In this document: positions 35,857 through 44,472 of the stretch, piece by piece | Layout of the letters: every line of letters begins with the position of its first letter | Position numbering within the stretch: position 1 is the stretch's first letter | Made by a program: the position numbers and the translations under genes | Assembly: GCA_947084965.1 (NCBI GenBank) | Contig: CAMTUG010000001.1 | Span: forward strand, 345,293-409,292 | Source of the DNA: an uncultured Parcubacteria group bacterium | GTDB taxonomy: Bacteria; Patescibacteriota; Patescibacteriia; UBA9934; CAMTUG01 | Length of the DNA: 64,000 bases | Direction of reading: 5' to 3' | Notes under the pieces: model-generated | The model's database searches: none | What the model was told of the DNA's origin: nothing | The model's input: only the letters and a program-made list of their open reading frames with translations

Positions 35857-36939
35857 TTGATAGTCTCAAACGTTATGGAAGCAAAGAAGCCCAAAGTTCT
35901 GGTCGGTATGTCTGGCGGAGTCGATTCATCGCTCTCCGCGGCGTTGTTATTGGAACAAGGGTTTGAAGTCATCGGTGGGTTCATGAAGAACTGGAGTGGG
36001 TCAACGAAGGTTTGCGAAGGGACGGAGGAGTTTAAAGAATGCGATTGGCGCGATGAGCGCCGTGATGCCATGCGCGTCGCCGCCCAACTTGGCATCCCGC
36101 TTCTGACGTTCGATTTTGAAAACGCATATCGCGCTAATGTTGTGGATTACATGGTTGCCGAATACGAAGCAGGTCGCACACCAAATCCCGACGTGATGTG
36201 CAACAAGTTCATGAAGTTCGATCTGTTTGTGAAAGAGGCGGATAAGCTTGGTTGTGAGTATGTCGCGACAGGTCACTATGCGCGACAAGAGAATGGAAAG
36301 CTTCTTGCAGGATCGGATCCAAATAAGGATCAAAGTTATTTTCTCTGTCAGATGCCACGTGAGGTGTTGCCTCGGGTCCTTTTTCCTGTCGGCGGAATGC
36401 TCAAACCTGACGTTCGTCGTGAAGCAGAGGAACGTGGTCTTGTCGTTGCTGATAAGCCAGACAGTCAAGGCGTCTGCTTCATCGGGGAAATCAACATGAC
36501 GGCATTCCTCCAGGAGCGCATTCCAAAAAAACCGGGAAAGATCGTGACGACGGATGGAGTAATCGTCGGGGATCACGACGGCATCGCCTTTTACACGATC
36601 GGCCAGCGCGAAGGGCTGAAGATCGGCGGACTGGCCACTCCGTATTATGTTGTTGCCAAGAATGCGGAGCGCAACGAGCTCGTTGTTTCTAGTAACTTTC
36701 ATGAGGAGTTGTATAAAGATGAACTCGAAGTGGCGGACATGAATTGGCTCGTGGATCCAAAAGAAGGGGAGTTTACTGCGCGCATCCGCTATCGCCAGCC
36801 GCTCGAGACGTGTCAGCTCACAATGAACGGCGACACACTTCACATCAAATTCAAAACGCCCCAGCGCGCAGTGACGCCAGGGCAGTTTATTGTGTTCTAC
36901 GATGGGGAGATCGTCCTCGGCGGTGGAGTGATTGTCTAA
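35857..36939 (+). CDS. mnmA: tRNA-specific 2-thiouridylase MnmA
   Basis: PP-loop VLVGMSGGVDSS and catalytic Cys residues. 360 aa. Confidence 0.85.
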   Translation: MIVSNVMEAKKPKVLVGMSGGVDSSLSAALLLEQGFEVIGGFMKNWSGSTKVCEGTEEFKECDWRDERRDAMRVAAQLGIPLLTFDFENAYRANVVDYMVAEYEAGRTPNPDVMCNKFMKFDLFVKEADKLGCEYVATGHYARQENGKLLAGSDPNKDQSYFLCQMPREVLPRVLFPVGGMLKPDVRREAEERGLVVADKPDSQGVCFIGEINMTAFLQERIPKKPGKIVTTDGVIVGDHDGIAFYTIGQREGLKIGGLATPYYVVAKNAERNELVVSSNFHEELYKDELEVADMNWLVDPKEGEFTARIRYRQPLETCQLTMNGDTLHIKFKTPQRAVTPGQFIVFYDGEIVLGGGVIV

Positions 36940-36940
36940 T

Positions 36941-36979
36941 TTGACATCGCCGTTTTTTCGTGATAATTTTTTCGTGATA
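36941..36979 (+). promoter_or_regulatory. TTGACA-containing promoter-like element overlapping a 13-bp exact direct repeat (TTTTTTCGTGATA x2)
   Basis: TTGACA at 36941-46. Repeats at 36953-36965 and 36967-36979. No long ORF before the terminator at 37070. Confidence 0.3.
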
Positions 36980-37069
36980 TGAATATTTTCCGCCGCCATT
37001 ACGACTATAAGAACTTCTCACCTTCTTCCGAGAGCGGGCTGCGTTGATGTACTCAAAGCATAAATTCGG

Positions 37070-37101
37070 CCCCTTCTCGAAAGAGAAGGGGTCTTTCGTT
37101 T
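37070..37101 (+). terminator. rho-independent terminator (CCCCTTCTC-gaaa-GAGAAGGGG + TCTTTCGTTT)
   Basis: Perfect 9-bp stem, GAAA tetraloop and a T-rich tail. Confidence 0.5.
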
Positions 37102-37162
37102 AATCAAGGACGAGAGCTTGATTCGAGCCGTCCTTTCACAACTCACACGGGATAGGTGAAAC

Positions 37163-38152
37163 ATGTCGAAGAACAAACCCCCTCCGCCGGGTAGTGTGGA
37201 GGTCGATCCGCTTCTGTTCGTCATCATCTTCGGTGCCCTGGCTTTTTGGGCCATTGTCCTGGCTTTGATTGCCGGTGTGTATGCTGTGTGCGTTGCGGTG
37301 TGGATGTTCATGACCACCTACCCGTTGGTGAGCGTGCTCATCGTTGTTGCGGTGACTATCCTCCTCCTCGTGATGTGGACCGTCCACACGAGCAAGCCCG
37401 AGCTGCTCCCGGGTCACTTCAAGGTGATCCCGCTCTGCGATCGTGACCGCCGCGAGTACCGGGTTGCCAAGGTCAACGATGCTTGGTGGCTGATCCTCCC
37501 TGGCGCCTGGATCATCGCCACGGCCATGGGGTTCGTGTTGAGCGCCATCTCTGGGCTCATCGGCCTGGCTGACGTCCTCTTCAGTGATGCTTTGGCCGGC
37601 GCCCTCCAGTTCGATCCGGCGCTGTCCGCGATCGTCAGTAGTCATCCGTGGCTGGGGTACATGTTCCTTGTTCTGGTGTTTTTCTCCGCCGCCATCGGGG
37701 CGATGCGCCAGACGATCTGGCTCGCCTGGGTTCGCTCCTCGGCCGTGCGCAAGGATCCGCGGCGGATCCAGCTCCTCAAGCTCATTCGTACGATCAACTG
37801 GTGGAACGAACATCTGCCGGTCTTCAACGATCTGGCCGCCTCGGGCGAGGGTAAGGAGCAGGTGGAGAAGCTCGCGCAGACCCGTGCCAAGCTCGTGGAA
37901 TGGCTTAACCGGATGTGCAGTCGGCTCGCTGTCGCCCCGCTCGGTTCCTTCCCGCAGAGCGCCACCCCGCTCGAGATTCCCGAACTTCGGGAACTTGGCG
38001 CGCTGGTCGAAGACCTGAAGCACCAGCCGATCCTTCAGGCCATCAAGGCCGATCTCGAGGATCTCGAGCACCCCGACCGCACCCCTGACCCGAAGACGGT
38101 CGAGCGCTGGCACGCGTTTGCCAGGTTCCTTCGTCTTAAGGTCAATCGCTAG
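37163..38152 (+). CDS. hypothetical membrane protein in a high-GC islet (N-terminal TM helices, C-terminal helical cytoplasmic domain)
   Basis: 329 aa, about 62% GC. No recognisable motif. Confidence 0.5.
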   Translation: MSKNKPPPPGSVEVDPLLFVIIFGALAFWAIVLALIAGVYAVCVAVWMFMTTYPLVSVLIVVAVTILLLVMWTVHTSKPELLPGHFKVIPLCDRDRREYRVAKVNDAWWLILPGAWIIATAMGFVLSAISGLIGLADVLFSDALAGALQFDPALSAIVSSHPWLGYMFLVLVFFSAAIGAMRQTIWLAWVRSSAVRKDPRRIQLLKLIRTINWWNEHLPVFNDLAASGEGKEQVEKLAQTRAKLVEWLNRMCSRLAVAPLGSFPQSATPLEIPELRELGALVEDLKHQPILQAIKADLEDLEHPDRTPDPKTVERWHAFARFLRLKVNR

Positions 38153-38178
38153 TGGCAACTTCATGCCGCAAAGAAATG

Positions 38179-38220
38179 CCCCGGACCGTACTGGTCCGGG
38201 GTACTTTCATTATTTTTTCT
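38179..38220. terminator. bidirectional intrinsic terminator hairpin (CCCCGGACC-gtact-GGTCCGGGG) between convergent genes
   Basis: 9-bp stem with a T-run on the plus strand. Lies between 37163..38152(+) and 38210..38737(-). Confidence 0.45.
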
Positions 38221-38737
38221 TCTTCCCGTTCATCGACGTTTCAATGCTGCGTTCAATTTTGCCAAGATCGAGCCATTCTTTCATCTGTTCGAGTTCAGGG
38301 TCGTCTGCGTGCTTGACGTTCAGTTTGTGTTGAATGTCATCGAGCATGCGTAAAACTTTCGTCACTTCTTTTTCAGCGTTGACGTTGATTTGAAAATTTA
38401 CTTCGTCGCGGATGACGTCGATCTTTGCCGCGCGGTTTTGACTGACCAAGACGAAGATAGATAGGAAGATCGCTTCCAAAGAGACGACCATGGTCAACAT
38501 TCCGTACGGATACGGATCAAAAATAGAGATCTGCGGAATCCACCCTTGATTCGTCACTACCCAAAAAGTGAAAAAAATGATGTTTAACAACAAAAACCAA
38601 ATACTACCGAACGCCTCCGTCATCCAGTCCGCCAAACGTTCGCTCCGCGTTTTGGTGTACTGCAACTTTTCTTCGAACAGGTCGACAATTTTCTCGTGCG
38701 GTAATTTCCTCCGTGCCATATAAATAAAGTATACCAT
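38210..38737 (-). CDS. DUF1003-family membrane protein
   Basis: 175 aa with two TM helices. Contains …ADWMTEAFGS…DPYPYGMLTMVVSLEAIF…VLVSQNR…, which is DUF1003-like. Confidence 0.55.
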   Translation of the reverse strand: MVYFIYMARRKLPHEKIVDLFEEKLQYTKTRSERLADWMTEAFGSIWFLLLNIIFFTFWVVTNQGWIPQISIFDPYPYGMLTMVVSLEAIFLSIFVLVSQNRAAKIDVIRDEVNFQINVNAEKEVTKVLRMLDDIQHKLNVKHADDPELEQMKEWLDLGKIERSIETSMNGKKKK

Positions 38738-38748
38738 AAAATCGAAGC

Positions 38749-38772
38749 GCCCGGGACCAGTACGGCCCGGGG
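38749..38772 (-). terminator. hairpin (CCCGGGACC-agtac-GGCCCGGG), an inverted copy of the 38179 hairpin; terminator for 38789..39163(-)
   Basis: Its sequence is approximately the reverse complement of the hairpin at 38179-38201. Confidence 0.4.
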
Positions 38773-38788
38773 CTTGAAGAAGATGTGC

Positions 38789-39163
38789 TCAGACGGAGCG
38801 ACGGATGACCTGCACCGGTTCGAGGTCGTACAGGTACACCAGCTGCTTCTGGCGGCGGCTGCCTCCGAGGTGTCGGCCCATGGGGCGGGCCGGGACGATC
38901 ACCCGCGAACCCTCCTCGATGTAGATCTTCGACCTCCGCGGATGGACGAAGGTCAGGCGTTCTTCGCAGCGCTTGATCGTCGCGACCTTGGCGTTGAACC
39001 TGCGATCGACCTCCGCGGTGGTGACGAAGTAGCCGAGCGATTCGAGGTGAGCCAGGAGCTGACCTTCCTCGGTCGAGTAGGGCTTGATCTGTCCGCGGAG
39101 TTCGCGGAAGACGCGGATGGCGTTGTCGGCGGTCATTGTGGCCAGGACAGCAGCGAGCAGCAT
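38789..39163 (-). CDS. hypothetical small protein in a high-GC islet (possible paralog of 5611..5988)
   Basis: GGAGG 7 nt upstream of the ATG at 39163. The overlapping plus-strand N-extension of the lepA ORF looks like an antisense artefact. Confidence 0.45.
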   Translation of the reverse strand: MLLAAVLATMTADNAIRVFRELRGQIKPYSTEEGQLLAHLESLGYFVTTAEVDRRFNAKVATIKRCEERLTFVHPRRSKIYIEEGSRVIVPARPMGRHLGGSRRQKQLVYLYDLEPVQVIRRSV

Positions 39164-39229
39164 GGGTACCTCCACCCGCAACCTACCGACAATGGACGGA
39201 ATGGTCAAGATTCGCTAAAGTGCGCACGT

Positions 39230-41017
39230 ATGGCCGACCAAAAACAGATTCGCAACTTCTGCATTATCGCCCACATCGACCACGGCAAATCGACCCTTGC
39301 TGACCGGTTGCTTGAAGTCACTGGGACGGTGGAAAAGCGCAAAATGCAGGAGCAGATTCTGGACTCCATGGACCTGGAGCGCGAAAAGGGGATTACGATC
39401 AAGCTCGCTCCGGCACGCATGCATTTCAAAGATCACGTCTTGAACTTGATCGACACTCCCGGCCACGTTGATTTTCATTACGAAGTTTCGCGCTCGCTCG
39501 CTTCGGTCGAGGGGGCTGTTCTGCTCGTTGACGCCGCCCAGGGGGTACAGGCCCAGACGATCGGAAACTTGTACACCGCCCTTGAGCACAACCTCACCAT
39601 CATCCCGGTGTTGAATAAGATCGACTTGCCCGCGGCGGACATCCCTCGTTGTACGGCCGAACTGGTCAACTTGCTCGGTTGCGCTCCAGAAGAAATTTTG
39701 CACGTCAGTGGAAAAACGGGCGCCGGCGTGCCAGAACTTCTTGATGCCATTGTCGAGCGGATCCCTGCGCCAAAAGGGGAATCCGCAAACCCTCCACGCG
39801 CGGTTGTGTTTGATGCCAAATATGATGAGTATAAAGGGGTCGTAGCGTACGTTCGTGTTGTGGATGGTACGTTCAAAAAGGGTGACAAGATGATCATGCA
39901 TGCCACCCATGCGGATTCGGAAATTTTGGAACTCGGTGCACTGACCCCGAAGTACTCGCCCCTTTCGCAACTCGAAACGGGCCAGATCGGCTACGTCGTC
40001 ACCGGTTTTAAAGACCTCTCCGCTTGTCGCGTTGGGGATACCGTTTCCTTGCAAGGGGAAGACGTTGCCGCGCTCCCTGGATATCGTGAAGTGAAACCGA
40101 TGGTTTACGCCGGTATTTTCCCAAAAGAAGGGCATACCTACGAACATCTGCGCAACGCCATGGGTAAGTTGAAGTTAAACGATGCTGGATTGGTCTTTGA
40201 ACCAGAGCATTCGCCCGCGCTTGGCTATGGATTTCGTGTAGGCCTCCTGGGGATGTTGCACTTGGAGATCGTTACTCAGCGCTTAGAGCGTGAATCGAAC
40301 ATGGAGATCGTCGTTACGGTGCCGTCTGTTGTCTATCATATCTATGCTAAGGGCAAGCCGGAAGCGATCCCGATCAAATCTCCGCTCGAAATGCCCGATC
40401 CGTCGCATATTGATCGGATTGAAGAGCCGTGGGCAACGGTCGACATGATTACCCCCAAGGAGTACATCGGGGCTGTGATGCGCGTGGCAACGGAAGGCAA
40501 AGGGGAGTACGTCAATACCAACTATCTCTCCGGCGAACGGGCTATTTTGCGTTACAACATGCCGCTTTCGCAAGTGATCGTTGATTTTTACGACATCTTA
40601 AAGTCTGTTTCGAGCGGCTATGCATCACTCAACTATGATTTGATCGGCTACCGCGAGGCCGATGTGGTGCGTTTGAGTATCCTCGTGGCCGAAGAGGAAG
40701 TGGAATCCTTATCAATGCTCGTCTATCGCTCCGAAGCCGAACGCGTCGGCCGCCGTATCTGTGAAAAACTGAAGGAGTCAATCCCACAACAGATGTTTGA
40801 TATCAAATTGCAGGCAGCGATCGGTGGGAAGATCATTGCGGCGGAGCGCATTCAAGCGATGAAGAAAGATGTCATCGCCAAATTGTACGGCGGTGACGTA
40901 ACGCGCAAGAACAAGTTGCTCGACAAGCAGAAAAAGGGCAAAAAGAAGATGATGGCGATGGGGGTTGGGAAGGTTGATATTCCAACGGACGCTTATTTGA
41001 ATGTGCTAAAACGCTGA
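39230..41017 (+). CDS. lepA: translation elongation factor 4 (LepA)
   Basis: IRNFCIIAHIDHGKSTLADRLL, DTPGHVDF, NKIDLP, and the LepA C-terminal domain. Start at MADQKQ. Confidence 0.9.
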   Translation: MADQKQIRNFCIIAHIDHGKSTLADRLLEVTGTVEKRKMQEQILDSMDLEREKGITIKLAPARMHFKDHVLNLIDTPGHVDFHYEVSRSLASVEGAVLLVDAAQGVQAQTIGNLYTALEHNLTIIPVLNKIDLPAADIPRCTAELVNLLGCAPEEILHVSGKTGAGVPELLDAIVERIPAPKGESANPPRAVVFDAKYDEYKGVVAYVRVVDGTFKKGDKMIMHATHADSEILELGALTPKYSPLSQLETGQIGYVVTGFKDLSACRVGDTVSLQGEDVAALPGYREVKPMVYAGIFPKEGHTYEHLRNAMGKLKLNDAGLVFEPEHSPALGYGFRVGLLGMLHLEIVTQRLERESNMEIVVTVPSVVYHIYAKGKPEAIPIKSPLEMPDPSHIDRIEEPWATVDMITPKEYIGAVMRVATEGKGEYVNTNYLSGERAILRYNMPLSQVIVDFYDILKSVSSGYASLNYDLIGYREADVVRLSILVAEEEVESLSMLVYRSEAERVGRRICEKLKESIPQQMFDIKLQAAIGGKIIAAERIQAMKKDVIAKLYGGDVTRKNKLLDKQKKGKKKMMAMGVGKVDIPTDAYLNVLKR

Positions 41018-41018
41018 T

Positions 41019-42767
41019 ATGCAAAAGCAATGGGTCGTGGCTCCAGCGATCCCTGCGCTCGAAGCGCTTGCTTTTCCTGAGATTCATCCGACGGTGCTGC
41101 AGATTTTGTGGAATCGCGGGATCAGAACACAGGAAGAGATGGATCTCTTTTTGAGCCCGGATTGGAGCCGTGATGTTTGCGATCCGTCGCTATTTTTGCA
41201 GATGCCGGCCGCGGTCGCTCGTGTTTTTAAAGCACTTGCATCAGGTGAAGTGATTACGGTTCACGGGGATTACGACGCTGACGGCGTGTGTGGATCGACC
41301 GTGCTCATGTCTACGCTGCGCGAGTTGATCGCACATGGATTTGGTGGACAGGCAACGCCGACGATCTTTCTTCCACATCGAGAAAAAGATGGATACGGTT
41401 TGTCCGTCAAAACGGTCGAGCACCTGCACGAACATGAAAAAACGAAGCTGATTATCACCGTCGACTGTGGGATCAGCAACACCGAAGCGATCGCCCGCGC
41501 GGGCGAATTGGGAATTGATGTTATCGTTTGTGATCATCATCAGATGCCGCCAGAATTGCCAAAAGCTATTTTGCTCCATCCACTCGTTCCTGGTGAAACG
41601 TTTCCGAACAAAAAACTGTGCGGAACGGGTGTGGCGTTTAAGCTCGCTTGTGGATTAATCGAAGAGGCGCGCAAGAAAAATCCAGAGGCGTTTCCTGAGG
41701 GCTATGAGAAATGGCTTCTCGATTTGGTAGCGATTGCAACGGTCACGGACGTTATGCCGATCCTCGGAGAAAATCGTTTGCTTGAGAAATATGGCCTGGT
41801 TGTTTTAAATAAAACAAAGCGCGTCGGCTTGAAAGCTCTTCTCAAAGCTGCGGGGGTTGAAGGCAAACCCCTCGATACATGGTCGATCGGATTTCAGATC
41901 GGGCCGCGCATTAATGCGGCTGGTCGCATGAACCACGCCAACGCGGCGTTTAACCTGTTGATGTGTGAAGACCCTCTTGAGGCAGAACAGCTAGCGCTCG
42001 CACTGAATATCTCTAATCAGGATCGTCAAAAGGCTTCGGAAGAGATGTATCAGGCGGCCAAGGCGCAGATCGGTGATCCGGGTGAGCGAAAGATTTTGTT
42101 TGCTGTTGGGGATGGCTGGCCGGCCGGATTGGTTGGGTTGGTTGCGGGAAAGTTGATGAATGATTTTCAAAAGCCTGTGTTCGTTGTTGGAAAGAATGAA
42201 GAAGGGAAGTACACCGGTTCTGGTCGATCGTTGCATGGATTTGATGTCACAGCGGCGATGAAAAACGCGGCCCATACGTTGCTCAGATTTGGTGGTCATC
42301 CACAGGCCTGTGGGATGTCGACCGACACGGCAGAAAAGCTCGAGGCCTTTATGCAGTCGATGTCTGCCCAGGCGGAAGAGTATTTTGCTCACAACGACGG
42401 TACACCAACGCTGAACATTGATGGTGATGTTCCACTCGGAAACGTTGACTGGCAGCTTGTTGAGTCGCTCGAAAAGCTCGAACCATTCGGTGAAGGAAAT
42501 CCAAAACCGCTCTTCATGCGCGCTGGTCTTACGGTCGTCTCGGCCGATTCGCTCGGGGCCGACGGAAAGCATATGCGGCTGACCGTTAAGGATCCTGCCT
42601 CGGGTCGCAATCACAAATTTGTCGCCTTTCGCTTTGGTGAATGGGTGCAGAAGTTACGAACGGGTGATACGATAGACGTGGCTTTTGAAGTCGGCATTAA
42701 TGAGTGGAACGGAAATCGGGAGATTCAATTGAGAGTGGTCGATTTGAAGTTGGAGGAAAGAGGTTAA
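41019..42767 (+). CDS. recJ: single-stranded-DNA-specific exonuclease RecJ
   Basis: DHH motifs (HGDYDADGVCG, VIVCDHHQ) and DHHA1 (FGGHPQACG). Confidence 0.85.
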   Translation: MQKQWVVAPAIPALEALAFPEIHPTVLQILWNRGIRTQEEMDLFLSPDWSRDVCDPSLFLQMPAAVARVFKALASGEVITVHGDYDADGVCGSTVLMSTLRELIAHGFGGQATPTIFLPHREKDGYGLSVKTVEHLHEHEKTKLIITVDCGISNTEAIARAGELGIDVIVCDHHQMPPELPKAILLHPLVPGETFPNKKLCGTGVAFKLACGLIEEARKKNPEAFPEGYEKWLLDLVAIATVTDVMPILGENRLLEKYGLVVLNKTKRVGLKALLKAAGVEGKPLDTWSIGFQIGPRINAAGRMNHANAAFNLLMCEDPLEAEQLALALNISNQDRQKASEEMYQAAKAQIGDPGERKILFAVGDGWPAGLVGLVAGKLMNDFQKPVFVVGKNEEGKYTGSGRSLHGFDVTAAMKNAAHTLLRFGGHPQACGMSTDTAEKLEAFMQSMSAQAEEYFAHNDGTPTLNIDGDVPLGNVDWQLVESLEKLEPFGEGNPKPLFMRAGLTVVSADSLGADGKHMRLTVKDPASGRNHKFVAFRFGEWVQKLRTGDTIDVAFEVGINEWNGNREIQLRVVDLKLEERG

Positions 42768-42784
42768 AGGACAGAAGAGATGCT

Positions 42785-43207
42785 ATGCACAAACGTCTAA
42801 GAATTTATACAGACGGCGGTTCTCGCGGAAATCCAGGTCCTGCCGGACTTGGCGTTGCTATTCATGCTGTGCATACCGATGGGAGTGAAGGTGAAACGAT
42901 CGCCACGGTACACGAATATCTCGGGAAAACAACCAATAATCAGGCGGAGTACATGGCGATCATTCGTGGGCTTGAAAAAGCCAAGGCTCTCGGCGCAGAC
43001 GAGGTCGAGATGTTGATGGATTCGGAACTCGCCGTTAAACAATTGAATGGCCAGTACCGCGTAAAAAATCCGGAACTGGGTAAGCGATTTATGGAGGTGC
43101 ATAACTTGCGCCAGCAGTTTTCCAAAGTCACCTTCCGACACATCCGGCGCGAGAAGAACACCGAAGCCGATGCATTGGCGAATGCGGCGATGGACGAGGG
43201 TCATTAG
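42785..43207 (+). CDS. rnhA: ribonuclease HI
   Basis: RIYTDGGSRGNPGPAG…NNQAEYMA…DSELAV…; the catalytic D/E/D/D pattern is present. Confidence 0.8.
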   Translation: MHKRLRIYTDGGSRGNPGPAGLGVAIHAVHTDGSEGETIATVHEYLGKTTNNQAEYMAIIRGLEKAKALGADEVEMLMDSELAVKQLNGQYRVKNPELGKRFMEVHNLRQQFSKVTFRHIRREKNTEADALANAAMDEGH

Positions 43208-43213
43208 AGCCCA

Positions 43214-43314
43214 GACGGCGGAGGTGCGAGCTGACGAGTTCTCTTTTCGCGCGCAGCCCTTATACCGTCCGCAAGGGGTCGAGCACGAAAAGAGTGTCAG
43301 CGAGACCGAGTACG
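43214..43314 (+). repeat. copy 1 of a ~100-nt conserved structured intergenic element (conserved arms, variable central loop)
   Basis: Near-identical to 59534..59632 apart from a 12-14-nt loop and two point differences. Contains an inverted repeat CTCTTTTCG…CGAAAAGAG. Confidence 0.6.
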
Positions 43315-43370
43315 ACTGGGCTTAAGTGAATCTCCGCCGGTTACACAAGCTGTGCTATACTATTCCCACT

Positions 43371-44471
43371 ATGTCCCTTTTTGGTAAATCGAAATCACAA
43401 TCCTTTCTCGGGATCGATGTTGGTGTTCATGGCATGAAGCTCGTCGAAATGCAGAACGAACACGGTCGTGCCAAGCTGATGACCTATGCCTACTCCGAGC
43501 GAGGACTCGAAGAGCAGTCAAAATCGCTCCTCGATAATCCGCAAGTCGCGGCCAATTTACTTTCAACAATCGTAAAAAAGAGCGGAGCCACGACAACGCG
43601 TGCAGTCAGCGGTCTGCCCCAGAACGCCGTCTTTTCTGCGATCGTCACCGTGCCGAAACTGAAAGATCCGCGCCAGATGAAACCGCTGATCGAGGGTCAG
43701 GTGGCAAAGCTCACTCCGATCCCGGTCACAGAGATGATTTTAGACTCCAAGGTTATTGATGAAGAGAAGTTAAAAACGCCAGAAGAAAAGAAGGAGGAGA
43801 AAAAGGCCCCGCCTGTTGATCCAAAGAAAGGGGAGCTAGTACGTGTATTAGTCACAGGCGCGGCTAAAACACTCGTTCAGAAGTATGTGGAAGTGTTTAA
43901 ACTCGCCAAGATCGAGCTTGTTGCGCTAGAAACGGAATCCTTCGCCTTAATTCGTGCGCTTGTTGGTCGTGACCGTTCAACGATTCTTATTATCGACATG
44001 GGGGCGATGCGCACCAACATGACGATCGTCGAACGTGGAATCCCTATTTTTACTCGTTCGGTCAACGTTGGTGGCGGCCAGCTGACGAAGACGATCGCGG
44101 AGCAGATGGGTATTTCGTTGGCGGATGCGGAGCAGATGAAAGTCGATCTTTCCAAGGGCCAGGTGGACGGAGTCCCCCCGCAAGTGGAATTGATCCTGCA
44201 GCCGATTCTGACCGAAATTAATTACTCGTTCGGTGAGTTTAAGCGTTTAGAAGCAGACAGTGCTAAGCGCGTGGAGAAGATTATCATTACAGGGGGGTCA
44301 GCAAATTTGCCAGGGATGGTGACGTATCTTTCGCAAAAGTTAAACATCAATACCTACGTCGGTGATCCCTGGGCACGCGTTCAATTGCCACAGGCACTGC
44401 GCCCTGTTCTCGATGAGATCGGTCCTCGCTTTGCCGTATCGATCGGTCTGGCGATGCGGGACATGGAATGA
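43371..44471 (+). CDS. pilM: type IV pilus assembly protein PilM
   Basis: MSLFGKSKSQSFLGIDVGVHGMKLVE… actin-like ATPase fold. Followed by a receiver-like gene and a pilin gene. Confidence 0.75.
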   Translation: MSLFGKSKSQSFLGIDVGVHGMKLVEMQNEHGRAKLMTYAYSERGLEEQSKSLLDNPQVAANLLSTIVKKSGATTTRAVSGLPQNAVFSAIVTVPKLKDPRQMKPLIEGQVAKLTPIPVTEMILDSKVIDEEKLKTPEEKKEEKKAPPVDPKKGELVRVLVTGAAKTLVQKYVEVFKLAKIELVALETESFALIRALVGRDRSTILIIDMGAMRTNMTIVERGIPIFTRSVNVGGGQLTKTIAEQMGISLADAEQMKVDLSKGQVDGVPPQVELILQPILTEINYSFGEFKRLEADSAKRVEKIIITGGSANLPGMVTYLSQKLNINTYVGDPWARVQLPQALRPVLDEIGPRFAVSIGLAMRDME

Positions 44472-44472
44472 T

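Noticed and set aside
35240-36095. Long minus-strand ORFs 35240..35869 and 35478..36095 (Arg/Gly/Pro-rich)
   Set aside because: Antisense shadows of the high-GC 35372..35791 gene and the 5' end of mnmA. No motifs, and composition is not protein-like.
38774-39229. Long N-terminal extension of the lepA ORF (tracked as 38774..41017, 747 aa)
   Set aside because: LepA homology begins at MADQKQIRNFCIIAHIDHGKS (ATG at 39230). The upstream 150 codons are the antisense shadow of the high-GC minus-strand gene 38789..39163, which has its own GGAGG Shine-Dalgarno.
43214-43314. Calling the repeated element a hammerhead ribozyme
   Set aside because: CUGAcGAG and GAAA-like strings and a plausible stem II exist, but I could not place stems I and III with the required U-H cleavage context. 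The two differences outside the loop (g/t and a/c) do not covary as a stem would. Reported only as an unknown structured repeat.
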